A stretch of 64,000 nt of DNA from positions 20,026,001 through 20,090,000 of the forward strand of contig OZ059899.1 in NCBI GenBank assembly GCA_964057225.1, in the 5' to 3' direction. The stretch is from Auanema rhodensis (Eukaryota > Animalia > Nematoda). Below are positions 54,701 through 64,000 of the stretch, one piece after another. The position numbers were made by a program, and so were the translations under genes. The notes under the pieces are model-generated. The model did not search any database, was not told where the DNA came from, and saw only the letters and a list, made by a program, of their open reading frames with translations. The stretch's first letter is position 1. The number at the start of each line of letters is the position of its first letter.

Positions 54701-56660
54701 ACGATGGACATTGTTATTCAACGAAAAAATTGATTCTGCAGGGTGAAAATCGAGGATATAAGTGTGAACTTATATCAGTTGATATCTCGGTGCATTTTTA
54801 AGCTAGCGCAAATCTGATAACACAGATCGACGCAGCTTAAAAATCCGCATCGAATTTACTATACAACATTGAGAAACGCTTAACACAAAAATTAGTTATG
54901 ATCGTTTGAAAAATGATGCATTAGTGTATGTTGAGTTTCCATGTACACTCAACATTGCTTCCAAAAACATTTTGACAAAAATTTTTCCGAAAAATTTCGA
55001 AATAATTTCGCAAAAAGTAGATGTTTTCAGATTCCTTTTTTCAAGGCAAAGACGATGGACATTGTTATTCAACGAAAAAATTGATTCTGCAGGGTGAAAA
55101 TCGAGGATATAAGTGTGAACTTATATCAGTTGATATCTCGGTGCATTTTTAAGCTAGCGCAAATCTGATAACACAGATCGACGCAGCTTAAAAATCCGCA
55201 TCGAATGCACTATACAACATTGAGAAACGCTTAACACAAAAATTAGTTATGATCGTTTGAAAAATGATGCATTAGTGTATGTTGAGTTTCCATGTACACT
55301 CAACATTGCTTCCAAAAACATTTTGACAAAAATTTTTCCGAAAAATTTCGAAATAATTTCGCAAAAAGTAGATGTTTTCAGATTCCTTTTTTCAAGGCAA
55401 AGACGATGGACATTGTTATTCAACGAAAAAATTGATTCTGCAGGGTGAAAATCGAGGATATAAGTGTGAACTTATATCAGTTGATATCTCGGTGCATTTT
55501 TAAGCTAGCGCAAATCTGATAACACAGATCGACGCAGCTTAAAAATCCGCATCGAATGCACTATACAACATTGAGAAACGCTTAACACAAAAATTAGTTA
55601 TGATCGTTTGAAAAATGATGCATTAGTGTATGTTGAGTTTCCATGTACACTCAACATTGCTTCCAAAAACATTTTGACAAAAATTTTTCCGAAAAATTTC
55701 GAAATAATTTCGCAAAAAGTAGATGTTTTCAGATTCCTTTTTTCAAGGCAAAGACGATGGACATTGTTATTCAACGAAAAAATTGATTCTGCAGGGTGAA
55801 AATCGAGGATATAAGTGTGAACTTATATCAGTTGATATCTCGGTGCATTTTTAAGCTAGCTCAAATCTAATAACACAGATCGACGCAGCTTAAAAATCCG
55901 CATCGAATGCACTATACAACATTGAGAAACGCTTAATACAAAAGTTAGTTATGATCGTTTGAAAAAAGATGCATTAGTGTATGTTGAGTTTCCATGTACA
56001 CTCAACATTGCTTCCAAAAACATTTTGACAAAAATTTTTCCGAAAAATTTCGAAATAATTTCGCGAAAAGTAGATGTTTTTAGATTCCTTTTTTCAAGGC
56101 AAAGACGATGGACATTGTTATTCAACAAAAAAATTGATTCTGCAGGGTGAAAATCGAGGATATAAGTGTGAACTTATATCAGTTGATATCTCGGTGCATT
56201 TTTAAGCTAGCTCAAATCTAATAACACAGATCGACGCAGCTTAAAAATTCGCATCGAATGCACTATACTGCATTGAGAAACGCTTAATACAAAAGTTAGT
56301 TATGATCGTTTGAAAAAAGATGCATTAGTGTATGTTGAGTTTCCATGTACACTCAACATTGCTTCCAAAAACATTTTTACAAAAATTTTTCCGAAAAATT
56401 TCGAAATAATTTCGCAAAAAGTAGATGTTTTTAGATTCCTTTTTTCAAGGCAAAGACGATGGACATTGTTATTCAACAAAAAAATTGATTCTGCAGGGTG
56501 AAAATCGAGGATATAAGTGTGAACTTATATCAGTTGATATCTCGGTGCATTTTTAAGCTAGCGCAAATCTGATAACACAGATCGACGCAGCTTAAAAATC
56601 CGCATCGAATGCACTATACAACATTGAGAAACGCTTAACACAAAAATTAGTTATGATCGT
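45780..56660. repeat. Sub-array with 7-monomer (2457-bp) higher-order periodicity
   Basis: The ttcgcgaaaa ('SRK') variant occurs at 46833/49290 and 53502/55959, each pair 2457 bp apart. 51747..54203 is repeated directly as 54204..56660. Confidence 0.8.
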
Positions 56661-59117
56661 TTGAAAAATGATGCATTAGTGTATGTTGAGTTTCCATGTA
56701 CACTCAACATTGCTTCCAAAAACATTTTGACAAAAATTTTTCCGAAAAATTTCGAAATAATTTCGCAAAAAGTAGATGTTTTTAGATTCCTTTTTTCAAG
56801 GCAAAGACGATGGACATTGTTATTCAACGAAAAAATTGATTCTGCAGGGTGAAAATCGAGGATATAAGTGTGAACTTATATCAGTTGATATCTCGGTGCA
56901 TTTTTAAGCTAGCGCAAATCTGATAACACAGATCGACGCAGCTTAAAAATCCGCATCGAATGCACTATACAACATTGAGAAACGCTTAATACAAAAATTA
57001 GTTATAATCGTTTGAAAAATGATGCATTAGTGTATGTTGAGTTTCCATGTACACTCAACATTGCTTCCAAAAACATTTTGACAAAAATTTTTCCAAAAAA
57101 TTTCAAAATTATTTCGCAAAAAGTAAATGTTTTCAGATTCCTTTCTCCAAGGCAAAGACGATGGACAATGTTATTCAACAAAAAAATTGATTCTGCAGGG
57201 TGAAAATCGAGGATATAAGTGTGAACTTATATCAGTTGATATCTCGGTGCATTTTTAAGCTAGCTCAAATCTAATAACACAGATCGACGCAGCTTAAAAA
57301 TTCGCATCGAATGCACTATACTGCATTGAGAAACGCTTAATACAAAAGTTAGTTATGATCGTTTGAAAAAAGATGCATTAGTGTATGTTGAGTTTCCATG
57401 TACACTCAACATTGCTTCCAAAAACATTTTTACAAAAATTTTTCCGAAAAATTTCGAAATAATTTCGCAAAAAGTAGATGTTTTTAGATTCCTTTTTTCA
57501 AGGCAAAGACGATGGACATTGTTATTCAACAAAAAAATTGATTCTGCAGGGTGAAAATCGAGGATATAAGTGTGAACTTATATCAGTTGATATCTCGGTG
57601 CATTTTTAAGCTAGCGCAAATCTGATAACACAGATCGACGCAGCTTAAAAATCCGCATCGAATGCACTATACAACATTGAGAAACGCTTAACACAAAAAT
57701 TAGTTATGATCGTTTGAAAAATGATGCATTAGTGTATGTTGAGTTTCCATGTACACTCAACATTGCTTCCAAAAACATTTTGACAAAAATTTTTCCGAAA
57801 AATTTCGAAATAATTTCGCAAAAAGTAGATGTTTTTAGATTCCTTTTTTCAAGGCAAAGACGATGGACATTGTTATTCAACGAAAAAATTGATTCTGCAG
57901 GGTGAAAATCGAGGATATAAGTGTGAACTTATATCAGTTGATATCTCGGTGCATTTTTAAGCTAGCGCAAATCTGATAACACAGATCGACGCAGCTTAAA
58001 AATCCGCATCGAATGCACTATACAACATTGAGAAACGCTTAATACAAAAATTAGTTATAATCGTTTGAAAAATGATGCATTAGTGTATGTTGAGTTTCCA
58101 TGTACACTCAACATTGCTTCCAAAAACATTTTGACAAAAATTTTTCCAAAAAATTTCAAAATTATTTCGCAAAAAGTAAATGTTTTCAGATTCCTTTCTC
58201 CAAGGCAAAGACGATGGACAATGTTATTCAACGAAAAAATTAATTCTGCAGGGTGAAAATCGAGGATATAAGTGTGAACTTATATCAGTTGATATCTCGG
58301 TGCATTTTTAAGCTAGCGCAAATCTGATAACACAGATCGACGCAGCTTAAAAATCCGCATCGAATGCACTATACTACATTGAGAAACGCTCAATACAAAA
58401 ATTAGTTATGATCGTTTGAAAAAAGATGCATTAGTGTATGTTGAGTTTCCATGTACACTCAACATTGCTTCCAAAAACATTTTTACAAAAATTTTTCCGA
58501 AAAATTTCGAAATAATTTTGCAAAAAGTAGATGTTTTTAGATTCCTTTTTTCAAGGCAAAGACGATGGACATTGTTATTCAACGAAAAAATTGATTCTGC
58601 AGGGTGAAAATCGAGGATATAAGTGTGAACTTATATCAGTTGATATCTCGGTGCATTTTAAAGCTAGCGCAAATCTGATAACACAGATCGACGCAGCTTA
58701 AAAATCCGCATCGAATGCACTATACAACATTGAGAAACGCTTAACACAAAAATTAGTTATGATCGTTTGAAAAATGATGCATTAGTGTATGTTGAGTTTC
58801 CATGTACACTCAACATTGCTTCCAAAAACATTTTTACAAAAATTTTTCCGAAAAATTTCGAAATAATTTCGCAAAAAGTAGATGTTTTTAGATTTCTTTT
58901 TTCAAGGCAAAGACGATGGACATTGTTATTCAACGAAAAAATTGATTCTGCAGGGTGAAAATCGAGGATATAAGTGTGAACTTATATCAGTTGATATCTC
59001 GGTGCATTTTTAAGCTAGCGCAAATCTGATAACACAGATCGACGCAGCTTAAAAATCCGCATCGAATGCACTATACAACATTGAGAAACGCTTAACACAA
59101 AAATTAGTTATGATCGT

Positions 59118-62100
59118 TTGAAAAATGATGCATTAGTGTATGTTGAGTTTCCATGTACACTCAACATTGCTTCCAAAAACATTTTGACAAAAATTTTTCC
59201 GAAAAATTTCGAAATAATTTCGCAAAAAGTAGATGTTTTCAGATTCCTTTTTTCAAGGCAAAGACGATGGACATTGTTATTCAACGAAAAAATTGATTCT
59301 GCAGGGTGAAAATCGAGGATATAAGTGTGAACTTATATCAGTTGATATTTCGGTGCATTTTTAAGCTAGCGCAAATCTAATAACACAGATCGACGCAGCT
59401 TAAAAATTCGCATCGAATGCACTATACTGCATTGAGAAACGCTTAATACAAAAGTTAGTTATGATCGTTTGAAAAAAGATGCATTAGTGTATGTTGAGTT
59501 TCCATGTACACTCAACATTGCTTCCAAAAACATTTTTACAAAAATTTTTCCGAAAAATTTCGAAATAATTTCGCAAAAAGTAGATGTTTTTAGATTCCTT
59601 TTTTCAAGGCAAAGACGATGGACATTGTTATTCAACGAAAAAATTGATTCTGCAGGGTGAAAATCGAGGATATAAGTGTGAACTTATATCAGTTGATATC
59701 TCGGTGCATTTTTAAGCTAGCGCAAATCTGATAACACAGATCGACGCAGCTTAAAAATCCGCATCGAATGCACTATACAACATTGAGAAACGCTTAACAC
59801 AAAAATTAGTTATGATCGTTTGAAAAATGATGCATTAGTGTATGTTGAGTTTCCATGTACACTCAACATTGCTTCCAAAAACATTTTGACAAAAATTTTT
59901 CCGAAAAATTTCGAAATAATTTCGCAAAAAGTAGATGTTTTCAGATTCCTTTTTTCAAGGCAAAGACGATGGACATTGTTATTCAACGAAAAAATTGATT
60001 CTGCGGGGTGAAAATCGAGGATATAAGTGTGAACTTATATCAGTTGATATCTCGGTGCATTTTTAAGCTAGCGCAAATCTAATAACACAGATCGACGCAG
60101 CTTATAAATTCGCATCGAATGCACTATACTGCATTGAGAAACGCTTAATACAAAAGTTAGTTATGATCGTTTGAAAAAAGATGCATTAGTGTATGTTGAG
60201 TTTCCATGTACACTCAACATTGCTTCCAAAAACATTTTTACAAAAATTTTTCCGAAAAATTTCGAAATAATTTCGCAAAAAGTAGATGTTTTTAGATTCC
60301 TTTTTTCAAGGCAAAGACGATGGACATTGTTATTCAACGAAAAAATTGATTCTGCAGGGTGAAAATCGAGGATATAAGTGTGAACTTATATCAGTTGATA
60401 TCTCGGTGCATTTTTAAGCTAGCGCGAATCTGATAACACAGATCGACGCAGCTTAAAAATCCGCATCGAATGCACTATACAACATTGAGAAACGCTTAAC
60501 ACAAAAATTAGTTATGATCGTTTGAAAAATGATGCATTAGTGTATGTTGAGTTTCCATGTACACTCAACATTGCTTCCAAAAACATTTTGACAAAAATTT
60601 TTCCGAAAAATTTCGAAATAATTTCGCAAAAAGTAGATGTTTTCAGATTCCTTTTTTCAAGGCAAAGACGATGGACATTGTTATTCAACGAAAAAATTGA
60701 TTCTGCAGGGTGAAAATCGAGGATATAAGTGTGAACTTATATCAGTTGATATCTCGGTGCATTTTTAAGCTAGCGCAAATCTAATAACACAGATCGACGC
60801 AGCTTAAAAATTCGCATCGAATGCACTATACTGCATTGAGAAACGCTTAATACAAAAGTTAGTTATGATCGTTTGAAAAAAGATGCATTAGTGTATGTTG
60901 AGTTTCCATGTACACTCAACATTGCTTCCAAAAACATTTTTACAAAAATTTTTCCGAAAAATTTCGAAATAATTTCGCAAAAAGTAGATGTTTTTAGATT
61001 CCTTTTTTCAAGGCAAAGACGATGGACATTGTTATTCAACGAAAAAATTGATTCTGCAGGGTGAAAATCGAGGATATAAGTGTGAACTTATATCAGTTGA
61101 TATCTCGGTGCATTTTTAAGCTAGCGCAAATCTGATAACACAGATCGACGCAGCTTAAAAATCCGCATCGAATGCACTATACAACATTGAGAAACGCTTA
61201 ACACAAAAATTAGTTATGATCGTTTGAAAAATGATGCATTAGTGTATGTTGAGTTTCCATGTACACTCAACATTGCTTCCAAAAACATTTTGACAAAAAT
61301 TTTTCCGAAAAATTTCGAAATAATTTCGCAAAAAGTAGATGTTTTCAGATTCCTTTTTTCAAGGCAAAGACGATGGACATTGTTATTCAACGAAAAAATT
61401 GATTCTGCAGGGTGAAAATCGAGGATATAAGTGTGAACTTATATCAGTTGATATCTCGGTGCATTTTTAAGCTAGCGCAAATCTAATAACACAGATCGAC
61501 GCAGCTTAAAAATTCGCATCGAATGCACTATACTGCATTGAGAAACGCTTAATACAAAAGTTAGTTATGATCGTTTGAAAAAAGATGCATTAGTGTATGA
61601 TGAGTTTCCATGTACACTCAACATTGCTTCCAAAAACATTTTTACAAAAATTTTTCCGAAAAATTTCGAAATAATTTCGCAAAAAGTAGATGTTTTTAGA
61701 TTCCTTTTTTCAAGGCAAAGACGATGGACATTGTTATTCAACGAAAAAATTGATTCTGCAGGGTGAAAATCGAGGATATAAGTGTGAACTTATATCAGTT
61801 GATATCTCGGTGCATTTTTAAGCTAGCGCGAATCTGATAACACAGATCGACGCAGCTTAAAAATCCGCATCGAATGCACTATACAACATTGAGAAACGCT
61901 TAACACAAAAATTAGTTATGATCGTTTGAAAAATGATGCATTAGTGTATGTTGAGTTTCCATGTACACTCAACATTGCTTCCAAAAACATTTTGACAAAA
62001 ATTTTTCCGAAAAATTTCGAAATAATTTCGCAAAAAGTAGATGTTTTCAGATTCCTTTTTTCAAGGCAAAGACGATGGACATTGTTATTCAACGAAAAAA

Positions 62101-64000
62101 TTGATTCTGCAGGGTGAAAATCGAGGATATAAGTGTGAACTTATATCAGTTGATATCTCGGTGCATTTTTAAGCTAGCGCAAATCTAATAACACAGATCG
62201 ACGCAGCTTAAAAATTCGCATCGAATGCACTATACTGCATTGAGAAACGCTTAATACAAAAGTTAGTTATGATCGTTTGAAAAAAGATGCATTAGTGTAT
62301 GTTGAGTTTCCATGTACACTCAACATTGCTTCCAAAAACATTTTTACAAAAATTTTTCCGAAAAATTTCGAAATAATTTCGCAAAAAGTAGATGTTTTTA
62401 GATTCCTTTTTTCAAGGCAAAGACGATGGACATTGTTATTCAACGAAAAAATTGATTCTGCAGGGTGAAAATCGAGGATATAAGTGTGAACTTATATCAG
62501 TTGATATCTCGGTGCATTTTTAAGCTAGCGCGAATCTGATAACACAGATCGACGCAGCTTAAAAATCCGCATCGAATGCACTATACAACATTGAGAAACG
62601 CTTAACACAAAAATTAGTTATGATCGTTTGAAAAATGATGCATTAGTGTATGTTGAGTTTCCATGTACACTCAACATTGCTTCCAAAAACATTTTGACAA
62701 AAATTTTTCCGAAAAATTTCGAAATAATTTCGCAAAAAGTAGATGTTTTCAGATTCCTTTTTTCAAGGCAAAGACGATGGACATTGTTATTCAACGAAAA
62801 AATTGATTCTGCAGGGTGAAAATCGAGGATATAAGTGTGAACTTATATCAGTTGATATCTCGGTGCATTTTTAAGCTAGCGCAAATCTAATAACACAGAT
62901 CGACGCAGCTTAAAAATCCGCATCGAATGCACTATACAACATTGAGAAACGCTTAACACAAAAATTAGTTATGATCGTTTGAAAAATGATGCATTAGTGT
63001 ATGTTGAGTTTCCATGTACACTCAACATTGCTTCCAAAAACATTTTGACAAAAATTTTTCCGAAAAATTTCGAAATAATTTCGCAAAAAGTAGATGTTTT
63101 CAGATTCCTTTTTTCAAGGCAAAGACGATGGACATTGTTATTCAACGAAAAAATTGATTCTGCAGGGTGAAAATCGAGGATATAAGTGTGAACTTATATC
63201 AGTTGATATCTCGGTGCATTTTTAAGCTAGCGCAAATCTAATAACACAGATCGACGCAGCTTAAAAATTCGCATCGAATGCACTATACTGCATTGAGAAA
63301 CGCTTAATACAAAAGTTAGTTATGATCGTTTGAAAAAAGATGCATTAGTGTATGTTGAGTTTCCATGTACACTCAACATTGCTTCCAAAAACATTTTTAC
63401 AAAAATTTTTCCGAAAAATTTCGAAATAATTTCGCAAAAAGTAGATGTTTTTAGATTCCTTTTTTCAAGGCAAAGACGATGGACATTGTTATTCAACGAA
63501 AAAATTGATTCTGCAGGGTGAAAATCGAGGATATAAGTGTGAACTTATATCAGTTGATATCTCGGTGCATTTTTAAGCTAGCGCAAATCTGATAACACAG
63601 ATCGACGCAGCTTAGAAATCCGCATCGAATGCACTATACAACATTGAGAAACGCTTAACACAAAAATTAGTTATGATCGTTTGAAAAATGATGCATTAGT
63701 GTATGTTGAGTTTCCATGTACACTCAACATTGCTTCCAAAAACATTTTGACAAAAATTTTTCCGAAAAATTTCGAAATAATTTCGCAAAAAGTAGATGTT
63801 TTCAGATTCCATTTTTCAAGGCAAAGACGATGGACATTGTTATTCAACGAAAAAATTGATTCTGCAGGGTGAAAATCGAGGATATAAGTGTGAACTTATA
63901 TCAGTTGATATCTCGGTGCATTTTTAAGCTAGCGCAAATCTAATAACACAGATCGACGCAGCTTAAAAATTCGCATCGAATGCACTATACTGCATTGAGA
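59118..64000. repeat. Dimeric (702-bp) higher-order repeat sub-array
   Basis: Two monomer haplotypes alternate. aaaaattcgc / tactgcattg / caaaagttag occur in every second unit, with one phase slip at 62628/62979. Confidence 0.88.

Larger units (their letters stand above)
1..64000. repeat. Satellite DNA tandem array, 351-bp monomer, about 183 units, head-to-tail, extends beyond both window edges
   Basis: The ORF-track marker recurs every exactly 351 bp (280..11161, 32 copies; 11733..63681, 149 copies). Monomers differ only by a few substitutions. Each unit has PstI (ctgcag), EcoRV (gatatc) and NsiI (atgcat) sites with rare exceptions. Confidence 0.99.

Noticed and set aside
280-63872. 181 copies of a 63-aa ORF as a tandem gene family
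   Set aside because: It starts at TTG with no in-frame ATG before the upstream TGA. The peptide is K/F/I/N-rich because of A/T tracts, resembles no domain I recognise, and most variants are non-synonymous. It recurs only because the DNA repeats. The absence of nonsense variants is unsurprising given the few variable sites.
1-64000. CRISPR array
   Set aside because: There are no unique spacers, the entire 351 bp repeats, and no cas genes are present.
1-64000. Purely artefactual collapsed or over-expanded assembly repeat
   Set aside because: Structured private SNPs, domain-specific haplotypes and a unique indel junction argue for real heterogeneity. Individual near-identical tandem duplications still need read validation.

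Overview
The whole 64 kb is a single head-to-tail tandem array of a 351-bp, AT-rich monomer (about 32% GC by hand count of 280..630), i.e. eukaryotic satellite DNA, probably (peri)centromeric heterochromatin of an invertebrate. The family and organism could not be named from the sequence. It holds 181 units carrying the complete ORF-marker segment (the last is cut by the window end), one 221-bp truncated monomer (11512..11732) and a partial unit at the start, all in one orientation. I found no unique sequence, gene or transposon insertion. The recurring 63-aa TTG-initiated ORF is a by-product of the repeat and not a supported gene. The informative structure lies at three scales. (1) Within the monomer, much of the sequence is a chain of inverted repeats, including a 67-nt long hairpin and a 9-bp stem with a GNRA-type loop. 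(2) There is one 142-bp deletion with a locally templated 12-bp insertion, a polymerase-theta-like repair scar that breaks inside a hairpin loop. (3) SNP haplotypes define layered domains with nascent higher-order repeats: 13/14-mers centrally, 7-mers and then a dimer on the right, plus many 2-5-mer tandem duplications.
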